The notes: generated from the letters alone by a model not told the origin. Shown: positions 42,494 through 57,058, counted from the stretch's first letter. The stretch is 64,000 bases of DNA from Octopus vulgaris (GCA_951406725.2 OX597838.1:2232001-2296000), one strand, 5' to 3'. Numbers and translations: made by a program.

Positions 42494-43146
42494 ATTATAT
42501 AAAATGTATATATATATGTGTGTGTGTGTGTGTATAAATAATACATTTGGCTCTTGAAGCGCATGGAATTCTATAAATAATATGTCAATACTGGATTGAA
42601 AAACTGTTTTTGATACCAAAATGTCGAAGGCTTCTCGTAGGATTCGAAACCGAGTCTCATGAAGACATGACAGGCGTTCTGCCATTGTATAAGCCATCCA
42701 ACTTCTCTACACGTCCTAGAAACTTCATTCTCAGCTACGAGAGTTGTATTTTGCTGGAATGAAAAGTATTTAAAAACTTCCGAGAGAACGTTCCAAAAAA
42801 GAAAAAGTCAACGGTCTCTATAAAGTTTATAAACTCTCGTCCGACTCGCTGTCAGTACAAACCAACCGATCCAGACTCCACCATTGCAGGATACACAAAC
42901 AACGAGGTCAAATAGGTTGTTGCATTTGAGTGAAATGGAAAATTCTGGTACCGTGCACCGTTCCTTAGAGAAACAGGAAATATATATATATATATGTAAT
43001 TCTTTAAGCCGGTTACATGGAGGAATGGCGTTCGTATCCATTTTGGATGAAAACATAGTCTCGTAAATTCGCCGAGATTCTTGTAAAAAAAAAACAGTAA
43101 CTAGAGGGGTACCCCTTGATTCATAAATATATATATATATTATATA

Positions 43147-43197
<51 letters not shown>

Positions 43198-43210
43198 CAT
43201 ATACATATAC

Positions 43211-43247
<37 letters not shown>

Positions 43248-43281
43248 GTTATATATATATATATATATATATGTATACATA

Positions 43282-43334
<53 letters not shown>

Positions 43335-43756
43335 GTATGTTTATATGTATATATATATATGAAAGTATTTATCTATGTATATATGTGTTCATTATTGACC
43401 ACTCAAACTGAATGTATGTTTCACCTCAGTAAAGTTCTTTGAAGGGGGCTTTCTCTGAACGTTGGCTGTTAACACACCTGGAACATCCAACCACCAATCC
43501 CAGTCAGGTTAGATGGAAACCGATATTTCGCCATTTTTATGGCTTATCAACATGTTTATTGCACTGCTTTGTCCCCATGTTTAATGCACTCTTTATATTG
43601 CAGTTCGTCTTCTCAAATATGAGTGTGCGCAGAGAAAAACGTGTGTATGAATACGTGAGTGTTTACATACCAAATGATGTGGTATATAAACTGGATGAAC
43701 CTGCCAATTGCGCTTGGATTTCAAATAACGTACATAAAATCTGCGTCACATATATA

Positions 43757-43797
<41 letters not shown>

Positions 43798-43806
43798 GTG
43801 TACAGT

Positions 43807-43845
<39 letters not shown>

Positions 43846-43903
43846 GTATATATATATATGTATATATGTATATAGTTATCATATATTATATGTATATGTA
43901 TGC

Positions 43904-43957
<54 letters not shown>

Positions 43958-44103
43958 GCACATTTCATAAATTCATGTATAACAACAAATAAACTGGTAT
44001 ATTCTTTTATATACATGAGTAAATTTTTAAATATATATTATATTGGAAATATTTATTTTTAATGAAGGTATATGCTCTCCAATTCATATACACAGTATTG
44101 AAA

Positions 44104-44152
<49 letters not shown>

Positions 44153-44689
44153 AATATACATATATTTACATATATATATATACACTCACACACACATATA
44201 GATATGTTCACCTATACATACTTATATACATATACAGAAATGCATATCCACACACACACACACACACACAAACGAAAGCGGGCACACACGAACATACACA
44301 CACATAAATATATATATACACACACACCCGTGGACACACGCGCACTCGGGCACGCGCGCACACACACACATATACATACACACTATTAAATACTCACGCA
44401 CACACACGTACACATACGCACTGACACGGTCAATGTATGTTTGCACCGTTCCATTCCTTCCATGTTAATTATTTCTCTGTTTATAATGCCATTATTGCGA
44501 CCATTGTATAAGCGGATAAAATATGGCGTCTGTTTGCTTGCTTCTTCCCGCGCTTTACTACTATAAACTTTACATGCATTTGCATATTTTTGCCGCTACA
44601 CTCTTTCACATTCATTTTGCATTCTTAATATTTGGTTGTTGGTTTTTCTTTCCAATCATTTTGTCTATATTGTTTCGTCATTTTTCATT

Positions 44690-45087
<398 letters not shown>

Positions 45088-46273
45088 GCCGTTGCTGTTA
45101 TTGTATGTATTTTAAAATCTTTTTTGTCCCTCTATTGTTCTTTTCTTTATCTCTGTTTTTTTTCTGTTTGTTTGTTTTGTTTTGTTTCCTTTTTTTGTTT
45201 CTTTTTTTTTCCCCATTGCCCTCCGGCGATTAATAATTCACTGGTGCATAATACTATTCAAACGAAACGTCAAAGTGCAAACGATTTTTTTAATCAAGGA
45301 AATAGCAGTGGTAGGTAATTCCCGCATTAGAGAATACTGCATCAACAACAACAACAACAACGACGACGACGACGACAACAACAACAACAACGACTGCAAG
45401 AACAATAATAACGACTCCAAAGACTTCAACAACGGCGCTCTCTCCATCATCTAGAACAACTTTAAAATTACAACAACAACAACTATTATAATATCAATAA
45501 GTGAAACAACAACAACAAATACAAAAACAACAAATACGAATCAAATGCTGAACCTGGCTTTGTAATGCAGCCAGATTTCTGTATCCTACCATCCAATAGA
45601 AAATCCACTTGCCTTTAATCCACCCCCCTCATCCCTCATCCCTCGACCCCCCTCCTGTCGTTCCCTCGTTCCCTCCAGCCATCCTACAGCATTCTTCAAC
45701 TGTTCACCCATCTTGTCTAACCACCTCAACACACTCATACGTCCAGTTATATATGCGTCTATACACTCATCTGCTCACCCTTTTCCACTATATGCTGTAA
45801 CCACCCACCCGTCAATCCCTCCATCCGTCCACTCCTCCATCCGTTCTCTCCCCACGCCTTTTCCTCTAGCCAAACATCCTGCTATTTCCCCCGCCGCCAC
45901 AATCCCATCCATCTCTCTCCCATCCATCCATCTATCCATCCATCCTACCAGCCAGCCAGTCAGTACAGCATGCCACTCTTACAACCAGCCTGTTGCTAGC
46001 AGCTATCTTTCTATTCTCAGTGCGATGGTGTAATTGACTTTTCGACATCATAGTAACGCTATTTGGCATTAGATGTACTTAGTGTGCTGGCCAGCTTCGG
46101 AATACACAAACAGACGAATCACTGTTTCTGCTGGCTTTCATAATTAACGTATAAGGCTGGCGCGGTGACACACTGGCGCTGTGGTAAAGTCGCTGGATAA
46201 AGAGAACGCGAGATTACAGAATATAACATTAAGAACAGTATTTGTTGTTGATGTTTGCGTTTCCGCAGAGTAA

Positions 46274-46566
46274 GGCGGCGAGGTTGCAGAACGGTTGGAG
46301 AGTCGGTTAAAATGCGAGGCGGCATTTTTGAATAATTATGTTCAGAGTTCAAATGCTGCCGAGGTCGACTTTCCCCTTTATACTTTCGGGGTCGCTAAAC
46401 TAAAGTACTGTATAATCACTGGGGTTGATGAAATCGACAACCCCTCCCACCCTAAATTTCAGGACCCCTTGTGTTTGCTGTTGAAAGGATTAGGTGAGCG
46501 CTGGCGTCGATATAATCGACTGGCCCCCTCCGCCAAATTTCAGGCCTTGTACCTATAGTAGAAAAG

Positions 46567-46570
<4 letters not shown>
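46274..46570 (+). mobile_element. SINE family D with duplicated 3' tail, followed by (TAT)n
   Basis: Core 'gagttcaaatgctgccgaggtcgactttcccctttatactttcggggtcg'; the tail 'ctgg(g/c)gt(t/c)gat...aatcgac...cccctcc...aaatttcagg' occurs twice. Confidence 0.85.
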
Positions 46571-46634
<64 letters not shown>

Positions 46635-46635
<1 letters not shown>

Positions 46636-46800
46636 GAGTGAGAGAGCAGTTCATGCCATCAGAAGTGACACTGGGGTAAAATATACGAAGCCCAGTATAC
46701 CCATCATGGCTACCCGTCTGATAAGAGTACACTAGGCACATGCATCACAACCATATGTGCGCCACATGGTGATCTCATATCAAGATAAACAGCACATGAG
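46635..46800 (-). mobile_element. Interspersed repeat 3' end with TAA tail (probable SINE)
   Basis: 'tgagtgagagagcagttcatgccatcagaagtgacactggggtaaaatatacgaagccc' abuts (TAT)n; resembles a common octopus repeat (recall). Confidence 0.5.
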
Positions 46801-47045
46801 TGGGCAAATGTCTAAAGAATATGAATAAAGAAAAGGAGAGGGGGAAGAGAAGGGGGAAAGGGACATATTTTGCTTGTCCTGAAGATGTGATAGCCTCGAA
46901 ATATAAGGTATATAAGGTAAAATTACAAATTTGATTTTTTTTTCTTTTACTTCGCTTCATATCTTTTTGCATTGTTCTGGCCTTATCCAACAAGTCTCTT
47001 TAATGTAACGCCACAGAATACTTCGCCAAAACTATTCCGTATATA

Positions 47046-47086
<41 letters not shown>

Positions 47087-47294
47087 CACACACAAACACA
47101 CATGCATACAAATATACCATCATCTCTGTTTTGCAACGGCCATGAAACAACCCGCGCTTGATAACTACATGTATTTTCCAAGTCAAACACAATCTGAAGG
47201 ATGTTGTTCTATATTCTAATGTCACACTGTATTATTATCTCAGCTTCCAGGATCGGTCTGCTGCTTTCCTGAAAAACCCTATATACTATAATTG

Positions 47295-47580
47295 TATTAT
47301 CATCTAATGTGTTACTCCGTTGTTTTCTCGCTTATGTTATGTAATATAATCCTATATAAGATAATTGCGTTATCAACCGATGCGGTTCTCATCTTATTTC
47401 CTCTCTTTGTCTTATATAATTCTATACAAGACTGTTATGCATTATCAACTAACGTGTTTCTCTGCGTAGTTTTGTTGTTGACGCTATGTAATATAAATCT
47501 ATATAAGATAGTGTTTATGCTATCAACTGGTTTGTTTTTGTCTAGTTTTGCCTCGCTTTCTCTTGTGCAATATAATGAGC
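47295..47580. repeat. Degenerate minisatellite, about 4 units of 70-80 bp
   Basis: Recurring 'atataa...ctata(t/c)aaga...tatcaac'. Confidence 0.7.
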
Positions 47581-48254
47581 CATAATAATCACTGCTCGTT
47601 CTTCACAAAGATGTAAAACACAAGCAGTAAAATCCATGTTTAGAAGATGCTTTAGATTCTCTTCTACAAAGAACTTCAAAAAGACATTTATAAAACCAAA
47701 CGAACGGAAGTCAATAAAGAGTACGCACATAATTCCATTGACCATTCTAGGCAACGAAATGCTGTATGCAACATACACCACACCCAGTAAAGAAAAAACA
47801 AATCATTTAAAAGCACAACAAAAGGACTCAACAGAAAGCAGAAGTCTACATAAAATATATTACTTGGACGCAGTGTACCCTGGCTATAAAGCAGATGAAA
47901 ACGGTATCGAAAGCCCAATCAAACAGAATGCAATGGTTTTTATAACCAGAGCGAAACTAGTAATAACTCTGTGTGTGTGTGTGTGTGTGGCTTTATTCAG
48001 TTTTATTTCAAGACTTCTTGCCATTAGGGGAAGAGCCGGTTTCTAACCTAGTTCCAATGCTCCTTCACTGGAATTTCAACATCATTTCTGCATCTGTGTA
48101 TGTATAAATGAAGTATTTGGAATCAGTGCAAGCGCAAATTTGTATGTTTTATTTTATGTATGTATTCTCATGCTTATAGCTGTATGTATGTATGTATCCA
48201 TGTATGTATATGTATACAAATATGTGTGTGTGTGTGGTGTATGTATGTATATCC

Positions 48255-48420
48255 TTTATCCTTACTAGATTCAGTCATTGGACTGCGGCCAGACTGGAGG
48301 ATTTTTAGTTGAATAACTCAACCCCGGTACTTATTTATTGTTCTTCTTTAAACCTGGTATTTGTTCTACCGGGCGCTTCTCTCGAACTGCTATGTTACGG
48401 CGATGTAAACACACCAACAC
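48255..48420 (-). mobile_element. SINE family A 3' half
   Basis: 'ttcagtcattggactgcggccagactggag...gaactgctatgttacggcgatgtaaacacaccaacac'. Confidence 0.75.
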
Positions 48421-48439
48421 TTTATATTATATTACATTA

Positions 48440-48602
48440 TATTAGAGGATAAATCGAAAACCAATGCGGAACGAGTATCTCAAGTCATTTAGAATAATTT
48501 AATTAGAGTAAGGTGAATTTGAAGTCTAATTAAATTAGCCTAATTAAATTATTCCAAATGACTTGACACACTCATTGTGCCTCGGCTTAGATTTTCCCTC
48601 CA
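48440..48602. repeat. Imperfect inverted repeat (MITE-like)
   Basis: caagtcatttagaataatttaattag (48481-48506) / ctaattaaattattccaaatgacttg (48540-48565). Confidence 0.7.
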
Positions 48603-48934
48603 ATGCAATACATACGTGCTATAACGGAACCTTAACACGGATCCCTAGATCGAGCATTAGCTGTATCCTAGGAACCCGTGCTACTTACCCCGTGAACTAA
48701 ACCCCTCATATTCTTATATATATATATATAAGATATAAGTGGGTAACAAATAGGTAGAGGTGTGAATCCATAATGGCCGTTTCCATGTGGCCGGCACTTA
48801 TGCACCAATTTTGATATTCACTTAAAATTGTTGAGTGTGCATATCATCCTGACCTAACAAGGTGCCCCAATTTAAGTACCTAATTCAACTGAATCTTAAT
48901 TGTACATGTATTTATGTATATATGTATATATGTA

Positions 48935-48997
<63 letters not shown>

Positions 48998-49016
48998 TCA
49001 CACACACACACACACA

Positions 49017-49990
49017 TCAAAATAAACAACGAGGATATCCAGAGTTAATGCAGTATGATCGTTTCATGCAGCTCCATTTAATTGAACAATCCAACCATTG
49101 CATCAGTTTAAAACGCAGAGCAATCTTCAGCTGCCCAAAGACATAGAATTTAATTAAATTAGAACAGATGGACACATTAGTATAATTATACCTAAAATCT
49201 CCAAGACGTTAAGGAGATAGACAAAGAACATGCTGTCTCACTCCAGTTTAGAAGCTACTGAATTTTCAAGAAGATATACATTGTTACAGACTCTGACTGT
49301 CACTGATTGTTTTTGGTTTTTATGGTGTCATTTTCAATTTATAGACTAGTTTATCAAATCCCTTGTATATCTAACGCTGAGAGAACAGAGGGCAGTATCT
49401 GTTAGGGGTAGGGCTGAGGGAGCTGACTATAGTTGGTGTAGTCATAAAAATCAAGATTTATTAGAAGGAATACCATGAGGTTTGGTAAAGGAAAACTTAA
49501 AACAAGATGTTAGCTGATAATTAAAGGGGTCACCCACGAGCAGTCTATCGATGATGAAGCAGGGGAAGTATTATCATGTAGTACTATAGTTAAATATTTT
49601 AAACAATGTTGCTATAATATATACAGTTAAAGTTTGGGGTTATTCAAAGGATTATTAAGAAGAATATTATAACAAAAGGATAGAAATGTATGAATACTTT
49701 TAGGTATATGCCAAACTTTTACCACAAGTGAGGGAGGAAAAGAAATTATCCAGAAATAGTTTAATATTTATACATATTGTACACTTTGTGCAGCTGAAGA
49801 TTGCTGTGCATTTGAAAGTGATGTAATGAATACATTGTTCAATTAAATGGATTTGCATGAAACGATCGTACTGCATTACCTCTGGATATCCTTGTTGCTT
49901 ATTTTGATTTTAATCACCTTACTTTGAAATTGTATGGATAATACCGTACTAAATTCTGGTGCCTCAACTTAAGTACCTAATTCATCTGAA

Positions 49991-49995
<5 letters not shown>
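49017..49995. mobile_element. Penelope-like element remnant with inverted HHR-bearing termini
   Basis: Arms 49017-49140 and 49783-49907 are inverted copies, each carrying an HHR motif; flanked by microsatellites. Confidence 0.7.
49789..49875 (+). ncRNA. Type I hammerhead ribozyme with extended helix II
   Basis: TGCAG-CTGAAGA-tTGC...GCAt (58 nt in total)-GAAA-CGATCG-TA-CTGCA; mutated inverted copy at 49049-49135 (-). Confidence 0.7.
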
Positions 49996-50407
<412 letters not shown>

Positions 50408-50558
50408 GACGACCTTCTTTCAGTTTCCGTCTCTCAAAGGGCTTTCGTTGATACGAGGCTAGAGTAGAAGGGATCTGTCCAAGGTGCCACGTAGTGGGAC
50501 TGAACCCGGAATCATGTGGTTGTGAAAGCAATCTTCTTATGACAGTCCAACACATGCA
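50408..50558 (-). mobile_element. SINE family A 5' half
   Basis: 'cttctttcagtttccgtct...caaggtgccacgtagtgggactgaacccggaatcatgtggttg'. Confidence 0.85.
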
Positions 50559-50999
50559 CTTATATATATGTATATATATGTGTGTGTGCATGATTGTATG
50601 TATGTATGTATGTATGGATGGATGGATGTATGGATGTGTGTGTGTGTGTGTGTGAGTGAGTGCGTGCGTGTGCATGTCTTTCGGCTCAGATCAAAGTGTA
50701 GTGCACACAAACACACACACACACATATGTATTATGCATTGCAATGTCGGAATCGTAGCACTTCAGCCAATGATTAAACACCAGTTGACTAATGTCGGTC
50801 GCAACCAGGAGATGTGAGTAATGTCGACGGCTGAGGTGGAATTACGTTGGATATAAAAGGAGGCCGTTTCTTTTGTATATATTTATATACTATTTTTACG
50901 TTCCGACTGACCATACATTACAACAAAATATCCGTACATACACAGAAATATAACACTAAACACCTCCCCCACAAACACACATTTATATATATATGTATG

Positions 51000-51068
<69 letters not shown>

Positions 51069-51069
<1 letters not shown>

Positions 51070-51316
51070 TATAGAGGGCATTATTATACATACATGCCAC
51101 ACGCTACGAGGGACAATTAGTCATTTCTACTAAAAATTTTACTTATATCCAATGCAATTTTTTCAAAGCAAGACATTTAAAAATTCATTTTTTAAATTCA
51201 TTTTTTGTCTTGCTTTGAAAAATTGCATTGGATATGATAAGTAAAACTTTTGGTAGAAATGACTAATTTTGTCCCTCTTAGCGTGTGGCATGTATGTATA
51301 ATAATGCCCTCTATAT
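51069..51316. mobile_element. Near-perfect ~250-bp foldback element (MITE-like)
   Basis: Arms 51069-51176 and 51206-51316: atatagagggcattattatacatacatgccacacgcta / tagcgtgtggcatgtatgtataataatgccctctatat. Confidence 0.9.
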
Positions 51317-51446
51317 ATAAATTAATATGTTCAATAAGAAAGAATTATTTTCGAAATTTTTTCTCTTATGAGGTCTTTCACGCTATCTACCTGATAATTT
51401 CTTGTTAAGATTCCTTATTAAGAAGTTGTCCTTAATTATTAAATAG

Positions 51447-51488
<42 letters not shown>

Positions 51489-51695
51489 ATAGAAGCCCAC
51501 ACATATACACACATGCAAATACACACACATGTATGTATACAAACGCAAAAACATTGAGGAGGATATGTATAGATACGCATAGATATGCATACATATACGT
51601 TATCACTTTGGTTTCACTTATTCATAATACATACATACGTGTGTGTGTGTGTATTTAAATATATATACCTAAGTAGACGTATATATATATAGAAT

Positions 51696-51729
<34 letters not shown>

Positions 51730-52180
51730 TGTATGTATGTATGTATGCATATGTGTGTATGTGTATGAGTCGCTTAACGTATACAGTACATGTCAAGATA
51801 CTAAAATGGTAACCATTGAAAGTATGGAACGAAATGAGAAGACATGGGACGTATGTTAACGGGAAAACATGGTGAGGAAGGAGATAAGCCAAGGGGAGGT
51901 AACAGCGACGCAGATGGAGCTGTAAAATAATATATTGTTGGAAACAACAAGTTATCTGGAGCAATAAAAGAATTGTGAGCAAATATCTTTATAAAAAGAT
52001 AAAACTGGAAGAGCGTTGCGTTGTTAATCATACACGTACACACACACACACACACACACATACACACACATTTAATAATACATTGATGTATATGTGTATA
52101 TTGATATATATATATACGTACATATAAATGTATGTCTGGGTATATTGCATAGACACCTCTCTCTCTCTCTCACACACACA

Positions 52181-52213
<33 letters not shown>

Positions 52214-52290
52214 TAGTATATATATATATGTATATATATATGTGTATATATATATATATGTATATATATATTTGTATGTATGTATGTATG

Positions 52291-52326
<36 letters not shown>

Positions 52327-53053
52327 TGTATGTTTGTGCGTGTATGTATGTTTTGATATATACATTTCTGTCATACAGTCGTATACAGACTGACAAGTGT
52401 ACGCAAGATTGCATGTGTTAGTATATAAACGCATGTATACATCAATACGTAGATGAATACACATATTTACACACCATATTTTTGTGTGTATATAATATAC
52501 ATCTGTAGAGGTATATGCATGTATAAGTATAAACATATTTTTACGTACATATATTTTGAGTGCGTTCATGGGTGTTCGTATGTGTATGTGTGTGTGTGTG
52601 TGTATGCATGTGTGGGTGCGTATTTGCATGTGTATGTATGTATGTGTGTGTATGTGTGTATGTTATTATGGGTGTGTACGGACAGACCAACCGGTCAGAT
52701 TTTGAATAAACTTTTATACTAAACAATAACTAATTGTCATTCATTGCTGAAGACACAAAGATGGCCCGTTGTTGTTGTTGTTGTTGTCGGTGGTGGTGGT
52801 GGTGGTGGTGGTGGTGGTGGTGGCAGTGATGATGTTGTTGTTGTTGTTTTCTGCTTTATTCTTGACTGAGGTTGTAATGGTTATGTTCATCGGGATGGTG
52901 GCGATGGTTATGTTGGTTGTTGTGGCGGTGGTGTTGGAGGGTGTTGGAGGGGGGGGCGTTGTTGTCGTCGTCGTCGTCGTTAATTCTATGTTGATCTGGC
53001 TTGAATAATGAGAATTTAAAGATCTGAAAATGAGAGGAAAAAAAAATTGAAAA

Positions 53054-53145
<92 letters not shown>

Positions 53146-53496
53146 TACACACACACTCGTATACATACATATGTTTACACGCATACAGATATATACACAC
53201 AATCAAACACACACATGTGGAGATACACAACCATGAAGACAGATGCATAAAGAATCACAAATATGTGACACACAGACATACACACAATTACAGCAACATA
53301 CACAGAAACAAACACACACTCACACGGACACACGGACACACAGACACACACAAAGCAAAACGCACAGATATTTAGCTATAAAAGTAGACCCACACACATA
53401 CTGAAACATACAAAACACCTATACATTTACACACACACACACATATAAATACTGCCACATTCACACGTCTGTCACACACACACACACATACACACA

Positions 53497-53534
<38 letters not shown>

Positions 53535-53759
53535 CATATACATACACACAATTGTACACATTCAGAGGACACAAAATTACAAATGGCAAGACCCTCTTCA
53601 ATACCACCAACTACACCACCACTACAGCAATAAAAGCAACAACCATACCACTACTATTACCACACCACAACAACAACAGCATAACCACTACCACCCCCTC
53701 AAATTTACTATCCCAACTATAACAAATAACGTCTAACGAAAGCTACTACAACAACCACA

Positions 53760-53859
<100 letters not shown>

Positions 53860-53897
53860 GTAATGATACTTGCTACTGCCGCTGTTTTTCTTGTTGC

Positions 53898-53930
<33 letters not shown>

Positions 53931-54534
53931 CACTGTTATTAAAAGAGAAAAAGATAATCGTAAATACATATAAAAAAGAAAAAAGAAATTTTTTGGTCAG
54001 AACAAAACTTTGAAATATGAGAAATATTGGCGGAATATTAATGTGACGTTATATAATTCTGTCGTTGTGTGTGTGTGTGTAGACGTGCCAGTGTGTGAAT
54101 ACCTGTCTTTGTGTCTTTATGGATGTGTGTGTATTTAAATGGGCGGGTAGATATGTAAGTGTTTGTGTATATGTATTGTGTGAACAGTTGTTAGTGTGTA
54201 GTCAATCGTAGATTCGTGTGTCAATGTGTGTATATAGGTATACATGTATATGTGTGTACGGCACTGTCAAATTTCTACGGAATCTGAAATAACAGAAAAT
54301 ACCTTCTCTGTAAGGCATTTATATATTATATATATTGTAGAACCGGTCCTGGCTGTAAAGGAAATTTCATCGGTTTGGACCGAAATTCAGGAATTCAGGA
54401 ATTCAGAATACACAAAGATGGAAGACAATAAGGATTGAAGGCCATTCCATTCAGTCAACATTTAGACATTTTCAGGGTTGTCAAAGAACGAGATGCTTCC
54501 TTTATAAAGTCGAAAATGTTGTTTTGTTTTTCCT

Positions 54535-54780
54535 TCTCGAGCCATGCCTGGCTCATAAGGGCCGGTTTCCCAGTTTCCTTGGCGTATAGGTTCCCCACCT
54601 GCAAGATGCAGGAGGAAAGAGTGAGAGAAAGTTGTGGCGAAAGCGTCAGCAGAAGTTCGCCATTACCTTCTGCCGGAGCCGCGTGGAGCTTAGGTGTTTC
54701 GCTCATAAACACACACATCGCCCGGTCTGAGATTCGAACCCGCGATCCCTCAACCGCGAGTCCGCTGCTCTAACCACTAG
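54535..54780 (-). mobile_element. tRNA-derived SINE family C
   Basis: Reverse-complement head 'tagtggttagagcagcggactcgcggttgagggatcgcgggttcgaatctcagaccgggcg' has A/B boxes. Confidence 0.85.
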
Positions 54781-55269
54781 ACTATTGAAAACAAATAAGA
54801 AAACATTCTATGAACAAATTATTTCGGAAACTGAATGCACAGCAATTCTACTGAAGGGGGTAAATTTATAAATGTTGCCTTTGATAATGTCCTTTGTTCT
54901 TGTCTGCAGTGTGACAAAAGACTGACTTTGTTTTCCTTCGCGCTACCACTCGCGCTCTATATTCTATCTTCCGAGCTCTGTCCAAACACATTCATCTTAC
55001 ATATAATGTGAACTATTTCCTATGCCACATTTCTGTAGATATTTCCTTCCTGCTCGTATTCTCTCGTTAGTTTCATTCTCTCGTTGGCTTCTTAAGTTTC
55101 AGTGATATTAATTATCGCTGGCGCAAGCACACGAATGGTAACGCTAGAATTTAAGATCTTCGCGTTTCAAACGCGACGATTTTGGCCGCCAGGATTCACG
55201 AGTGGTTTAATTTCTAGTAATTAAATGTATGTACAACTTTAATTATATTTATATATGTCGGCATACACA

Positions 55270-55317
<48 letters not shown>

Positions 55318-55360
55318 TGCATATACATACACACAACACATACATATATACATACATGTG

Positions 55361-55405
<45 letters not shown>

Positions 55406-55554
55406 CATACATATATATAGATATAGATAGATAGATAGAGAGAGAGAGATAGAAAGTGGACGTTAAACGACGACGACGACGATGATGATGATGCCTTGTT
55501 TTGGTCACCTTATTATCGCTCCATCTTTCCCCTCCCTCGGATCTTTCCACCGCT

Positions 55555-55594
55555 CCAGTGGGGCGGTACCAGTCACTTTGGGAACCACTGCTCT
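55555..55594 (-). mobile_element. hAT-type terminal inverted repeat fragment
   Basis: Reverse complement 'tagagCAGTGGTTCCCAAAgtg' matches hAT/Charlie-like termini. Confidence 0.45.
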
Positions 55595-55821
55595 AAGTTA
55601 AATTAATTATACACACATACATGTGTGCGTGTGCGCGCGTGTATGTTAGTGTGTGTGTATTTACGATTGTGTCTGGGCTTAAAATATTACTTCTTTAAAA
55701 ATCTTGCCTGACGAGGGTGGATTCTCTATTATTATGTAATGTTTTACAACTGCAATAAATAAAATTCTAGCGAAACAGTTGTAAATTTTAAACTCCGTTT
55801 GTGTTTTTCTGTATATAGAGA

Positions 55822-56170
55822 GAGGTAATGTTGTATGGTTAAGAAGCTAATTTTGGAATTACTTGGTTCCGGGTTCAATTCCTCTGTTCGCCTTACGAGT
55901 CTTCTACTATAACAAATTCCATGTGGATGAAATTGGTATACATGTGTATACATATGAATGTATGCATGTGTTTTTGTGTTTGTATTTCTCCCCCGTTTGC
56001 TGCTGCTTATTAACGGTCCCGTTACACCGTTACCTAGCAGTACGGCGAAAACGAACGATAAAAGAAGTTACAATCTTAAAAAAAAAATAATGTCTTCGAT
56101 TTGTTCGACTGAAGCAATTCACGGTGCCCCATCATGGCCGAAGTCCAATGAGAGAAACGAGTAAGAGATA
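55822..56170 (+). mobile_element. Diverged SINE family A (head, internal TG/TA, tail)
   Basis: 'tggttaagaagct...tggttccgggttcaattcc' ... 'ggtgccccatcatggccgaagtccaatga'. Confidence 0.7.
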
Positions 56171-56228
56171 AGCGAAGAAATGAAAGATATATGCCTGTAT
56201 AATTGTGTATATCTGTGTACGTATATAT

Positions 56229-56307
<79 letters not shown>

Positions 56308-56455
56308 TATATACATACATACATACATATATATATACAAGCAAACACATACACACACGCAAAAACACACACACACACTCAAACACGCACATATATGTTC
56401 AATTATCTTCACATTCGTTTCTTCTTGAAGTATATATATATATGTAAATGTGTGC

Positions 56456-56509
<54 letters not shown>

Positions 56510-56980
56510 TTGTGTTCAATATATATGTGACTGTGTGCGCATGTGTGCGCGTGTATGTGTCTGTCGATGGAAAAGGAGGCGGTAATTGGAAGCGTTGCAT
56601 AAGTATTGATATAGACAAAATATATTGATAGCTGCCCCCCCACCCCACCACCACTACAGCATCAATAAGCGTAAGTGTATGCATACAAAAATACGTGAGC
56701 ATATATATATATGCATGTATCAATATTTTTTATGTACACACACATATATAAAAACAGGTGTATGCATGTATGTATGTACATATTTGTATATATATACACA
56801 TATATACATACGTATTTACATATATATATATATATGTATATAAAAATATAAAAATATATATACATATATATACATTATATATGTGTTCGTGTGTGTACAT
56901 ACATGTACATGTATATATATACATATATACATATATACATATATATATATATATAAACACACACGCACATATATATTTAG

Positions 56981-57012
<32 letters not shown>

Positions 57013-57058
57013 GTAAATATATATATATATATATATATATGTGTGTATATATATATAT

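Noticed and set aside
42625-42700. tRNA-like sequence on the minus strand (TTCGAAT loop)
   Set aside because: The cloverleaf does not pair properly; at most a decayed tRNA-derived fragment. SINE heads elsewhere are likewise not called as tRNA genes.
46875-46920. CTGAAGA...GAAA-TATAAGGTATA as a hammerhead
   Set aside because: Helix II closure and helix I do not pair.
47295-47580. CRISPR-like array
   Set aside because: Whole units are degenerate copies without unique spacers; eukaryotic context and no cas genes.
55159-55218. Palindrome TCGCGTTTcAAACGCGA plus downstream CTAG as a Helitron 3' end
   Set aside because: The spacing to CTAG (~37 bp) is longer than typical and there is no other support.
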